Shown piece after piece: positions 8,098 to 17,326 of a DNA stretch of 33,378 bases (position 1 is its first letter; every line of letters begins with the position of its first letter). The stretch comes from a virus (Duplodnaviria > Caudoviricetes): IMG/VR virus record IMGVR_UViG_3300006738_000035, positions 1 through 33,378 of that record, one strand, 5' to 3'. Under the pieces are notes generated by a model. The model was not told the origin of the DNA. It worked only from the letters and a program-made list of their open reading frames with translations, and ran no database searches. The translations under genes were made by a program, and so were the position numbers.

Positions 8098-10101
8098 ATG
8101 GGATTTTTAGTTTCTCCAGGTGTACAAGTTAAAGAAATAGATTTAACTAATGTCATTCCTGCTGTTTCTACTTCCATTGCGGCTATTTCATTGCCTGCAT
8201 ATAAAGGACCAGTAGAAGACGTAGTAGATATTAGTTCTGAACAAGAACTTGTACAAACTTTTGGAAAACCAAATGGTAGTAATTTCGAGCCTTGGTTCGT
8301 TGCTGCCAACTTTCTTAAATATGGAAATGCATTAAGAGTTGTAAGACCAACATCTGCAATTGTAAATGCTTGTGTAAGTGGTACTGCTGTATTAATTAAG
8401 AATGACGACCATTACCAAGAAAACTATGCAAGTGGACAGGGTTCTGTCGGCGAATGGGCTGCAAGAACTGCTGGTACTTGGGGTAATTCAGTCGGCGTTT
8501 CAATGTGTCCAAGTGCAACTGCATTTGAACAACATATGGGTGACACTTATCAAGTTAATGACGCATCTGCAGCTGCATTAGATACAACTATAACTGTTGA
8601 TAGTAATGCTGGTAGCACGATTAATGTCGGCGACTTGGTATCTTTCTCATCTGCTGACGCTTCATCTGATTCAAGTGCATTTAGTGCTGTAACAGGACAT
8701 GAAGGCATTGAATATGAAGTAACAGCAAACAGTGGTACTGTATTGACTATTCGTCAAAAAGACCACGGTGATGGTAAAGGATTAGAAGCTGCCGTTACAG
8801 ATGATTCTTATATTCTTAGACGTTGGAGATGGTATGATTTATTCTCTACTGCTCCAGGCACATCTGCATGGGCAACTGCAAATAGTCGTGGGTCAAATGA
8901 TGAAATGCATGTAGTCGTATATGACACAACTGGTGATATCACTGGAAGTGATGTTGATGTAAACGGTCAACGAACAGCGTCAGTTATTGAAACTTTCGCA
9001 CATTTATCTAAAAACTCAGCTGCAAAAACACCACAGGGTGGTACTAATTACTATCCAGATGTAATTTTTGCACAATCACAATGGATTTATTGGACGGACC
9101 ACAATTCAAGTGGCTCAAACTGGGGTACAGATACAACTTCAACATATACTGCTGTAAATTCGCCAACCTTAAACGCACTTTCAAGTGGTACTGATGATTA
9201 TTCAGTAACAATCGGCGAACACACAGTCGCATATGACAGATTTAAAGACCCTGAACTTATAGATGTTAATCTAATTTTAGCAGGGACAACTCCAAATAGT
9301 GCAACAGATGGTGACACATATGGTACAATGTTAATCGACCTTTGTGAAAAAAGGAAAGATTGTATTTGTTTCATCTCGCCAGCAAGGAATGATGTTGTAA
9401 ATGTAGCAACTGCATTGACACAGACTGACAATGTTAAAACATATTTTGATACATTACCATCTTCATCTTACGCAGTATTTGATAGTGGTTACAAATATAT
9501 GTACGACAAATATAATGATGTTTATAGACATGTTCCATTAAATGGAGATGTTGCTGGGACTTGTGCAAATACAGATATAGTAACTGACCCTTGGTTCTCA
9601 CCTGCTGGATTCAACAGGGGACAAATCAGAGGTGCAGTAAAACTTGCATACGACCCAAAACAAGCACACAGAGATACTCTTTATAAAGCACGAATTAATC
9701 CAGTAGTTAATTTTTCTGGACAGGGTGTACATTTATTCGGAGATAAAACTGCATTAACAAAACCAAGTGCATTTGATAGAATCAACGTAAGAAGATTGTT
9801 TATCGTTCTTGAAAAAGCAATTTCAACTGCTTCTAAATATCAACTTTTTGAATTCAATGATGAATTTACAAGAGCACAATTTAGAAATATGGTTGAACCA
9901 TTTTTAAGAGATGTACAAGGTAGACGAGGAATTACAGACTTTAGTGTAGTTTGTGATGCGTCAAATAACACAGGAGAAGTCATTGACAGAAATGAGTTTA
10001 TTGCTGATATATACATCAAACCAGCAAGGTCAATCAACTTCATTACACTAAATTTCATAGCAACAAGGACTGGTGTCGCATTTAGCGAGGTCGGTGGTTA
10101 A
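8098..10101 (+). CDS. g18: Tail sheath protein gp18
   Basis: SPGVQVKEIDLT, PWFSPAGFNRG, SAFDRINVRRLF, FEFNDEFTR and IKPARSINFITLNF motifs. Confidence 0.96.
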   Translation: MGFLVSPGVQVKEIDLTNVIPAVSTSIAAISLPAYKGPVEDVVDISSEQELVQTFGKPNGSNFEPWFVAANFLKYGNALRVVRPTSAIVNACVSGTAVLIKNDDHYQENYASGQGSVGEWAARTAGTWGNSVGVSMCPSATAFEQHMGDTYQVNDASAAALDTTITVDSNAGSTINVGDLVSFSSADASSDSSAFSAVTGHEGIEYEVTANSGTVLTIRQKDHGDGKGLEAAVTDDSYILRRWRWYDLFSTAPGTSAWATANSRGSNDEMHVVVYDTTGDITGSDVDVNGQRTASVIETFAHLSKNSAAKTPQGGTNYYPDVIFAQSQWIYWTDHNSSGSNWGTDTTSTYTAVNSPTLNALSSGTDDYSVTIGEHTVAYDRFKDPELIDVNLILAGTTPNSATDGDTYGTMLIDLCEKRKDCICFISPARNDVVNVATALTQTDNVKTYFDTLPSSSYAVFDSGYKYMYDKYNDVYRHVPLNGDVAGTCANTDIVTDPWFSPAGFNRGQIRGAVKLAYDPKQAHRDTLYKARINPVVNFSGQGVHLFGDKTALTKPSAFDRINVRRLFIVLEKAISTASKYQLFEFNDEFTRAQFRNMVEPFLRDVQGRRGITDFSVVCDASNNTGEVIDRNEFIADIYIKPARSINFITLNFIATRTGVAFSEVGG

Positions 10102-10113
10102 TAGGAGAGAACA

Positions 10114-10647
10114 ATGGCAACATTAGACGAATTTAAAGCTCAGTTAATCGGCGGCGGTGCTAGACCGAATCAGTTTAGAGTTACATTAACACCACCATCT
10201 GGAATCGTAATAGAATTAGATGTAAGAAGAACATCTTTTCTTGTTAAAGCAACTAACTTACCAACACAAAATATAGGTGAGATACCTGTACCATTTAGAG
10301 GTAGAACACTTTATATGGCAGGTGATAGAGCAGAATTTGATGCATGGACAACAACTATCATCAATGATACTGACTTTATGGTAAGAAACGCTGTTGAAAG
10401 ATGGATGAATGGTATTAATGACCTTGCAGAAAATACAGGTGTTACTGATGTTTCTGATTATCAGACAGACGCAACTGTAGAACAACTCGATAGGGATGAT
10501 ACTGTGTTAAAAACATATATCTTTAGAGGATTATGGCCACAAAGTTTGGGTGCAATTGAATTAAGTCATGAGACTGCAAATGCACTTGAAGAATTTGAGG
10601 TTACTTGGAGATATCAACACTTTGTAGCATCTGGAGTAAACTTCTAA
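10114..10647 (+). CDS. g19: Tail tube protein gp19
   Basis: GGGARPNQF, VPFRGR...AGDR.F..WT.T..ND.DF and EEFEVTW.YQ motifs. Confidence 0.95.
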   Translation: MATLDEFKAQLIGGGARPNQFRVTLTPPSGIVIELDVRRTSFLVKATNLPTQNIGEIPVPFRGRTLYMAGDRAEFDAWTTTIINDTDFMVRNAVERWMNGINDLAENTGVTDVSDYQTDATVEQLDRDDTVLKTYIFRGLWPQSLGAIELSHETANALEEFEVTWRYQHFVASGVNF

Positions 10648-10686
10648 TTTAGTCTTACTAAATAATAGTAGTAAGAAAATTAGAAG
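10641..10686 (+). promoter_or_regulatory. 18-bp hairpin with a late-promoter variant ACTAAATA (10657-10664) at its apex, upstream of g20
   Basis: CTTCTAATTT (10641-50) pairs with AAATTAGAAG (10677-86), and TCTTACTA (10653-60) pairs with TAGTAAGA (10669-76). Confidence 0.65.
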
Positions 10687-10700
10687 GCAGGTAATACACA

Positions 10701-12326
10701 ATGGCAGAACTCTTTGGGTTCAAGATTACCAGAGTTAAAGAAGGAGAAGGCAGTGGTGAAGGTTTCACCACTCCATCCCCTGATGATGGGGCAGTTGAAG
10801 TCTCAGGCGCTGGGCATTTTGCATCAGTATTAGATTTAGAAGGCAAAACAAAATCAGATGATGATTTAATTCGTAGATATCGTGATATCGCACAACAAGC
10901 AGAGTGTGATATGGCAGTAGAAGATATCGTTAACGAAGCGATTGTCGCTGACGAAGCGGACCAATCCGTTTCGCCTATTCTGGAAAACGTACCTGTTCCA
11001 GAAAATATCAAAAGAAAAATAAGAGACGAATTCAATAATATTTTAAGTCTTTTGCATTTTCAAAAGAAAGGACATGATGTTTTTAGAAGATGGTATGTTG
11101 ACGGAAGATGTTATTATCATATGATAATAGATAAAGAAAATCCGAAATTGGGTATCAAAGAATTAAGATATATCGACCCTCGGAAAATTAAAAAAGTAAG
11201 ACAAGTTAATAGAAAGAAAGACCCTAAAACTGGATTAGATTTAGTAAAAAATATAGATGAATTTTATGTATATAATGAAAAAGGAATGCAACAAGGTCTC
11301 AATACTTCTGGTATTCAAATCGCTAGCGATTCAATCGCATATTGTACATCTGGATTAATAGACCAAAACTCTGGTAGAGTTCTTTCACATTTACATAAAG
11401 CAATTAAACCTGTTAATCAATTAAGAATGATTGAAGATTCTCTTGTTATTTACAGAATATCAAGAGCGCCAGAAAGAAGAATTTTTAGAATTGATGTAGG
11501 AAATTTACCTAAAGTAAAAGCAGAACAATATCTTCGTGATGTAATGAATCGTTATAGAAATAAACTTGTATATGATGCAACTACTGGTGAAATCCGTGAT
11601 GATAGAAATCATATGTCAATGCTAGAAGATTTCTGGCTACCAATCAGAGAAGGTGGTAGGGGAACAGATGTTCAAACTCTGCCTGCTGGACAAAATCTTG
11701 GTGAAATTGAAGATATAAAATATTTTCAAAAAAGATTATATCGTTCACTAAATGTTCCAGTTTCAAGACTTACAGAAGAATCTCCAGGAACAGTAGTGGG
11801 TGCTGGTAGGTCAACTGAAGTAACAAGAGATGAATTAAAATTTACAAAGTTTGTTCAAAGATTAAGAAAGAAATTTACAGGATTGTTCCTTGATGTAATG
11901 AGAACACAATTAATATTAAAAGGAATAATCAATGACGAAGATTGGCATGACATGAAAGAACATATCAATTTCAATTTCTTAAAAGATGGACATTTCTCAG
12001 AATTAAAAGACGCAGAACTATTACAAAACAGAATAGATACTCTTGATAGAATGCAATCATATATCGGAACATTTTATAGTAAAACTTATGTACAAAAATA
12101 TGTTTTACGAATGAGTGATACCGAGATATCAAGAATGAAAGATGAAATTAAATCAGAAAGTGGTGAAGGTGACCTTAATGTGCCAGACCATAGTGATGGC
12201 GTAACAAGATATCCAATTATGCCTCCAGGTGCTACTCAAATTGATATGACAAAAACTGAAGAAATGCCTGAAGATGATGAAGGAGAAACTGGAGAACCAT
12301 CAGATGATGAAGGAGATAAATTATAA
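10701..12326 (+). CDS. g20: Portal protein gp20
   Basis: FRRWYVDGR, LHKAIKPVNQLRMIEDSLVIYRISRAPERRIF, MLEDFWLP and RDELKF motifs. Confidence 0.97.
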   Translation: MAELFGFKITRVKEGEGSGEGFTTPSPDDGAVEVSGAGHFASVLDLEGKTKSDDDLIRRYRDIAQQAECDMAVEDIVNEAIVADEADQSVSPILENVPVPENIKRKIRDEFNNILSLLHFQKKGHDVFRRWYVDGRCYYHMIIDKENPKLGIKELRYIDPRKIKKVRQVNRKKDPKTGLDLVKNIDEFYVYNEKGMQQGLNTSGIQIASDSIAYCTSGLIDQNSGRVLSHLHKAIKPVNQLRMIEDSLVIYRISRAPERRIFRIDVGNLPKVKAEQYLRDVMNRYRNKLVYDATTGEIRDDRNHMSMLEDFWLPIREGGRGTDVQTLPAGQNLGEIEDIKYFQKRLYRSLNVPVSRLTEESPGTVVGAGRSTEVTRDELKFTKFVQRLRKKFTGLFLDVMRTQLILKGIINDEDWHDMKEHINFNFLKDGHFSELKDAELLQNRIDTLDRMQSYIGTFYSKTYVQKYVLRMSDTEISRMKDEIKSESGEGDLNVPDHSDGVTRYPIMPPGATQIDMTKTEEMPEDDEGETGEPSDDEGDKL

Positions 12327-12529
12327 TGAGTGATGAAGTTAAAAAAGTGATTGATTCAATCGAAAAAGGAGATAATATCGAAGCGGAAAGGGGATTTAAA
12401 GATGCCATGACGACAAAAGTCGCAGATGGACTTGAAGTTAAAAGACAAGAAGTCGCAGGTAATATAATTAAAACAACTGTTCCCGAAGAAGCTCCTGATA
12501 ATGTCAACGATAAACCAAATGAAGAATAA
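12326..12529 (+). CDS. Small prohead-core-like protein (gp67 position)
   Basis: 67-aa acidic ORF with an AGGAG RBS, coupled to the g20 stop. Synteny only. Confidence 0.6.
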   Translation: MSDEVKKVIDSIEKGDNIEAERGFKDAMTTKVADGLEVKRQEVAGNIIKTTVPEEAPDNVNDKPNEE

Positions 12530-12773
12530 AAAGTTCGAAGATTTCCTTTCTCAGATTTCTGAGAAAGATGAACACAAAAAAACTAAGGGATATAAAAAGC
12601 TTTCTCCGAAAATGAAGAATGCTGTGGACTTTATTATGAAAAAAATGCACGATAAGCCACAAAATTTCCTAAATAGTTTTGATAACAGTATAAAAGATAC
12701 TGCAAGAAAATTTAAAGTAACGAAAAACGAACTTATGGACTATTTTGAAAAAGAATTATTTGCAGTAATGTAA
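12519..12773 (+). CDS. Hypothetical protein in the head module
   Basis: 84-aa ORF (alternative start 12501) overlapping the previous stop. Confidence 0.55.
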   Translation: MKNKKFEDFLSQISEKDEHKKTKGYKKLSPKMKNAVDFIMKKMHDKPQNFLNSFDNSIKDTARKFKVTKNELMDYFEKELFAVM

Positions 12774-12785
12774 GGATAGAAAGAT

Positions 12786-13175
12786 ATGGCAGTAACAAAT
12801 CAAACATTAATAGATACAAGTTATAAAACAGTTATCAAAACAGTAAGTGATAACGCATCAAATAGTGCAGTAAGTGTTTTAGACGCATCTGCAATGACTC
12901 TTGCATCTACAGACCCTAGATTATCTATTGCAAAAATATGGTGGTCTATTGAATCTGCATCTGGTGGTGTCGAACTTTTATGGGACGCAACATCAAATGT
13001 TCAAGCAATTATTTTAACAGGCAACGGTACTTATGGTTATGATGCTGGTCAACCAGCACTGACAAACAATGCTGGTTCTGGAATTAGTGGAGATGTTTTG
13101 GTCACAAATGCGACTGGTACATTTACTTTAGTTACAGAATTCCACAAAGTATCTGGTTGGACTAACACTACATAA
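12786..13175 (+). CDS. Hypothetical, probably virion structural protein
   Basis: 129 aa, S/T/G/A-rich beta-type composition, AAGGA RBS, located before g21. Confidence 0.6.
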   Translation: MAVTNQTLIDTSYKTVIKTVSDNASNSAVSVLDASAMTLASTDPRLSIAKIWWSIESASGGVELLWDATSNVQAIILTGNGTYGYDAGQPALTNNAGSGISGDVLVTNATGTFTLVTEFHKVSGWTNTT

Positions 13176-13189
13176 GAGAGGATAGTTAA

Positions 13190-13843
13190 ATGGCATTAAA
13201 GTTAATCGCAGAACACATAGAAGATGTAGAATACATTACTGAAGAAAATGAGAAAGGTGAGAAAGAATATAAAATAAAAGGTATATTCATGCAGGCTGAT
13301 GTTAAAAATCGGAATGGTAGAGTATATCCGTTTGATATTCTAAAGAAGGAAGTTGCTAATTACAATAAGAACTTCACAAGACAAAAAAGAGCATTCGGTG
13401 AATTAGGACACCCAGACGGTCCGACTGTAAATCTTGAAAGAGTTTCACATATGATTACAGCATTGTATCCAGATGGTAAGAACTTCATAGGAGAAGCGAA
13501 AATCATGGATACACCAATGGGTAAAATTGTCAAGTCGTTGATGGATGAAGGTGCTAAACTCGGAGTATCTAGTCGTGGATTAGGTTCTCTAAAGGAAAAA
13601 AATGGTGCATCATACGTTAAGGATGATTTTTACCTAGCAACGGCTGCTGATATCGTTGCCGACCCATCTGCACCAAACGCTTTCGTAGAAGGTATTATGG
13701 AAGGGAAAGAGTGGATATGGGACAACGGTATATTACAAGAAGCAGAAATTGCACAACATAAATTGGAAATTGAGAAAGGAATTCAGTCAAGAAACGCAAA
13801 CATTTACGCATTAGAGTTTGCAAAGTTTCTCAAAAAACTTTAA
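13190..13843 (+). CDS. g21: Prohead protease gp21
   Basis: GIFMQA..KNRNGRVY, GELGHP, LGVSSRGLGS and DIVADPSAP.AFV.GIME motifs. Confidence 0.96.
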   Translation: MALKLIAEHIEDVEYITEENEKGEKEYKIKGIFMQADVKNRNGRVYPFDILKKEVANYNKNFTRQKRAFGELGHPDGPTVNLERVSHMITALYPDGKNFIGEAKIMDTPMGKIVKSLMDEGAKLGVSSRGLGSLKEKNGASYVKDDFYLATAADIVADPSAPNAFVEGIMEGKEWIWDNGILQEAEIAQHKLEIEKGIQSRNANIYALEFAKFLKKL

Positions 13844-13845
13844 TT

Positions 13846-13853
13846 TATAAATA
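13846..13853 (+). promoter_or_regulatory. Late promoter TATAAATA (g22-g23)
   Basis: Exact consensus in the intergenic gap. Confidence 0.8.
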
Positions 13854-13889
13854 TTATTATAAAAAATATAGGAAAAAGGAGATTTCCAC

Positions 13890-15101
13890 ATGTCAGAAAT
13901 AGATAAAACAATTGAGGAACTTGAAACTGAGGTATTAGCCGAACTCGAAGCTGCTGATTCTGAAGAAGCTCAAGAAGTTGCTGAAGAAACTAAAGAAGAA
14001 GAAACAGCACTAGATGAGAAAAAAGCTCCGAAAGTTGAAAATAAGGACGTAGAAGATTTAGGTCCTGCTGTTACATCTCCTACTGACGCTAAATCGTCAT
14101 CTGCAAAATCTGGTGAAAAAACCAAACAAACTAAAGACGCTGCACATAAACATGCTGCGCCTGCAGATAAACCAGAAAAACTAAAAGCAGAAGATATGTT
14201 AAAAGCAATATCTGATAAATTATCGAAAGCAGATGAAGCTAAGTTAGAGAAGATGTATAATAAAATCGTTAACGAACAAGTCAAAGATGACGAGGACGAA
14301 GACGAAACTAAACAAGAACTTGCAAAAGCCAAAGAAGAAAAGAAAGAAGCAATGGAAAAAAGAATTAAGGAAATCAAAGTCAAAGAAGACGTTGATGCCC
14401 TAGTATCTGGAGAAGATAAACTTTCAGATGAATTCAAAGAAAAAGCTTCTACAATCTTCGAAGCCGCTGTAAAATCAAAAGTCAGAACAGAAATTGAAAG
14501 ACTAGAAGATGAATATACTAAGGAACTTACTGAACAATCTGATAAATCAAAAGATGAGTTAATAGATAAAGTTGATTCTTATCTTGACTACGTAGTTCAA
14601 GAATGGATGAAAGAAAACGAACTCGCAATTGAAAGAGGATTAAAAGGTGAGATTTCTGAGGATTTCATTAGTGGTTTAAAACAATTGTTTGACGACCATT
14701 ACATTGATGTTCCTGACGAAAAATATGATGTGTTAGAAGCTCAATCTAAAAAAATTGAAGAACTTGAAGAACAACTCAATCAACAAATTGAGAAAGATAA
14801 AGAACTTCATTCAGAAATCGGCGAACTAACAAAAGATTCTATCGTAAAAGAAGTATCAGACGAATTAGTCGATACAGAGGTAGAAAAGTTCAAAGGTCTT
14901 ATTGAAGATGTTGACTACACAGATGCTGAAAGTTATAAATCAAAACTTGAAACATTAAAAGAGTCATATTTTCCAAAAAGAGCTGAAGAACAAAGCACAA
15001 ATGAAATATCAGATGACGAAACTGTTAACGAAGTAGAAACATCTGATAAGATGGCTGCGTATATGTCCGCTATCAGTAAAACTCATAAACGTGCAAAATA
15101 A
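13890..15101 (+). CDS. g22: Prohead core scaffolding protein gp22
   Basis: Acidic coiled-coil protein with LSDEFKEKASTIFEAAV, VDSYLDYVV.EW..EN and KLETLKESYF motifs. Confidence 0.93.
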   Translation: MSEIDKTIEELETEVLAELEAADSEEAQEVAEETKEEETALDEKKAPKVENKDVEDLGPAVTSPTDAKSSSAKSGEKTKQTKDAAHKHAAPADKPEKLKAEDMLKAISDKLSKADEAKLEKMYNKIVNEQVKDDEDEDETKQELAKAKEEKKEAMEKRIKEIKVKEDVDALVSGEDKLSDEFKEKASTIFEAAVKSKVRTEIERLEDEYTKELTEQSDKSKDELIDKVDSYLDYVVQEWMKENELAIERGLKGEISEDFISGLKQLFDDHYIDVPDEKYDVLEAQSKKIEELEEQLNQQIEKDKELHSEIGELTKDSIVKEVSDELVDTEVEKFKGLIEDVDYTDAESYKSKLETLKESYFPKRAEEQSTNEISDDETVNEVETSDKMAAYMSAISKTHKRAK

Positions 15102-15173
15102 TAATAAATTGAATTATATTGATGGAAATAGAGACGTATACTAAAGTAAAATTTAAAAAAGGAGACGCAAAAA

Positions 15174-16502
15174 ATGTTTCAATCTAATAATTTACAAGAA
15201 AAGTGGCAGCCAGTCCTTGAACACCCAGAATTGGGCGAAATCAAAGACCCTTATAGACGTGCTGTAACTACTGTAATTCTCGAAAACCAAGAAAAAGCGT
15301 TAAGAGAAGATAGAAGCTTTTTACAAGAAGCTGCGCCAACTAACTCAACTGGTTCTAACGTAGATAATTGGGAACCAATCCTAATTTCACTCGTTAGACG
15401 AGCAATGCCTAACTTGATTGCATACGACATTTGTGGTGTGCAACCAATGACAGGTCCTACTGGTCTTATTTTCGCAATGAGAAGTAGGTCTGTATCACAA
15501 ACAGGTGCTGAAGCGTTAGTTAATGAAGCTGATTCTGGTATATCTAATGATGACGCTGCTGGTGATTTAACATCATCTGCAATGACTGGAAGCAACCCTG
15601 CAACTTTAAACGATTCACCATCTGCTGGTACATACTTGTCGCCAGGCGGCATGTCAACTGCACAAGGTGAAGCACTTGGAGATGCAGCGGCAAATGCTTT
15701 CGCAGAAATGGCTTTCTCAATTGAGAAACAAACTGTTACTGCTAAATCCAGAGCATTAAAAGCTGAATATTCTATGGAACTTGCACAAGACCTTAAAGCT
15801 ATTCATGGTCTTGACGCTGAGACTGAGCTTGCAAACATTCTCTCTGCAGAAATACTTGCAGAAATAAACAGAGAAGTTGTAAGAACAATTTACATTGTTG
15901 CGAAAAAAGGTGCCCAGATTAACACAACTACTGCTGGTATCTTTGATTTAGACACAGACTCTAATGGTAGATGGTCCGTTGAGAAATTCAAAGGACTATT
16001 ATTCGCTATCGAGAGAGATGCCAACGCTGTTGGTCAACAAACAAGGAGAGGAAAAGGTAACATAATTATTTGTTCTGCTGATGTAGCATCTGCATTACAA
16101 ATGGCTGGTGTACTTGATTACACTCCTGCATTAAACTCAAATCTTAATGTTGATGATACTGCAAACACATTTGCTGGTACATTAAACGGAAGATATAAAG
16201 TTTATGTTGACCCATATGCTGCTAACGTAGCTGCTTCGCAGTATTATGTTGTAGGATATAAAGGTAGTTCACCTTATGACGCTGGTTTGTTCTATTGTCC
16301 ATACGTACCACTACAAATGGTAAGAGCAGTTGGAGAAGATACTTTCCAACCAAAAATTGGCTTTAAAACAAGATATGGTATCACAGGCAACCCATTTGCT
16401 TCAGGTGTACTTGCATCTGGAACAGCTGCTGGTGATGTCGGTGCGCTAGACGCAAACGATAATGTTTATTATCGCAGAGTCAAAGTCACAAATCTGATGT
16501 AG
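15174..16502 (+). CDS. g23: Major capsid protein gp23
   Basis: LISLVRRAMPNLIAYDICGVQPMTGPTGLIFAMR, KSRALKAEYS.ELAQDLKAIHGLDAE and FQPKIGFKTRYG motifs. Confidence 0.98.
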   Translation: MFQSNNLQEKWQPVLEHPELGEIKDPYRRAVTTVILENQEKALREDRSFLQEAAPTNSTGSNVDNWEPILISLVRRAMPNLIAYDICGVQPMTGPTGLIFAMRSRSVSQTGAEALVNEADSGISNDDAAGDLTSSAMTGSNPATLNDSPSAGTYLSPGGMSTAQGEALGDAAANAFAEMAFSIEKQTVTAKSRALKAEYSMELAQDLKAIHGLDAETELANILSAEILAEINREVVRTIYIVAKKGAQINTTTAGIFDLDTDSNGRWSVEKFKGLLFAIERDANAVGQQTRRGKGNIIICSADVASALQMAGVLDYTPALNSNLNVDDTANTFAGTLNGRYKVYVDPYAANVAASQYYVVGYKGSSPYDAGLFYCPYVPLQMVRAVGEDTFQPKIGFKTRYGITGNPFASGVLASGTAAGDVGALDANDNVYYRRVKVTNLM

Positions 16503-16555
16503 CTTTTAGTTACATTAGTTTGTTACTGCAACTTACGCAAGTAAAAACGCAAGAG

Positions 16556-16579
16556 AGGGAACTTTTAGTTCCCTTTTTT
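16556..16579 (+). terminator. Rho-independent terminator after g23
   Basis: AGGGAACT-ttt-AGTTCCCT stem followed by a T run. Confidence 0.85.
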
Positions 16580-16609
16580 GTTTGATACTATACATGAGGT
16601 TTGTTTCTT

Positions 16610-16617
16610 TATAAATA
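16610..16617 (+). promoter_or_regulatory. Late promoter TATAAATA, 5 nt before the thioredoxin ATG
   Basis: Exact consensus. Confidence 0.75.
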
Positions 16618-16622
16618 GATAT

Positions 16623-16982
16623 ATGAACCCCCTAATTAAAACAACAGATGATAATTTCCACAAAGAAGTTCTTGATTCCGACATTCCTGTTCTGGTAGAT
16701 TTTTGGGCACCTTGGTGTGGTCCGTGTAGAATGCTTATTCCAACATTGCAACGGATATCAGAAGAAAATGCTGGAAAAATAAAGATTGTAAAAATTAATA
16801 TAGACGAGAATCAAGAAACGGTGGCAAAGTTTAAGATTAGAAGTATTCCAACAATGCTAATTTTCAACAAAGGTGAAGTTGAAAAAAGGATAGTTGGTTC
16901 ATTACGTAAACAACAGATTGAGACAATTTTGGAAGAAATTTTCTATAGAATTTCTCAACGGACCATCTATAATGCATTATAG
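16623..16982 (+). CDS. trxA: Thioredoxin
   Basis: VLVDFWAPWCGPC active site and IRSIPT cis-Pro motif. ATG 16623 is preferred because the track's start (16578) sits in the terminator T run. Confidence 0.93.
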   Translation: MNPLIKTTDDNFHKEVLDSDIPVLVDFWAPWCGPCRMLIPTLQRISEENAGKIKIVKINIDENQETVAKFKIRSIPTMLIFNKGEVEKRIVGSLRKQQIETILEEIFYRISQRTIYNAL

Positions 16983-16990
16983 GAGTAAAA

Positions 16991-17302
16991 ATGGCAAAGT
17001 TAGGAAAAAAGTTAACACAGGAACACAAAGATAAGATAAGCAAGGGTTGCATGGGACATGTACAACCAGAAAGTCAGAAAGAAGCTGTAAGAATGGTGCA
17101 GTCTATGACTTGGATAGTAACCACACCACATGGAAAGCAAGTACGAGTAGTCAATCTTTGCGAATACGGAAGGAAACACAACCTCGGTCCAGCATGGCAA
17201 GGCAATTGCGTAAAGCACGGTCATAGCAAGGGTTACTACGTCAAAAGAGTATCAAGAACTAAATCAGACATTAAAAAAGGACGTATACAGGTAAACCCTT
17301 GA
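16991..17302 (+). CDS. NUMOD3-type DNA-binding protein lacking a nuclease domain
   Basis: GKKLTQEHKDKISK and GHVQPESQKEAVR are NUMOD3-like repeats, followed by W.VTTP.G....V.NL.EY.RKHNL as in homing-endonuclease C-terminal domains. Strong AGGAG RBS. Confidence 0.6.
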   Translation: MAKLGKKLTQEHKDKISKGCMGHVQPESQKEAVRMVQSMTWIVTTPHGKQVRVVNLCEYGRKHNLGPAWQGNCVKHGHSKGYYVKRVSRTKSDIKKGRIQVNP

Positions 17303-17326
17303 CTTTATGGTTAAATATGTTATACT
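17299..17326 (+). promoter_or_regulatory. sigma70-type promoter overlapping the start of ORF 17307
   Basis: TTGACT (17299-304), 16-nt spacer, TG-n-TATACT (-10 at 17321-26). Confidence 0.65.

Noticed and set aside
7971-8309. N-terminal extension of the minus-strand 213-aa ORF
   Set aside because: It overlaps g18 antisense and the promoter region; a late promoter directly precedes ATG 7970.
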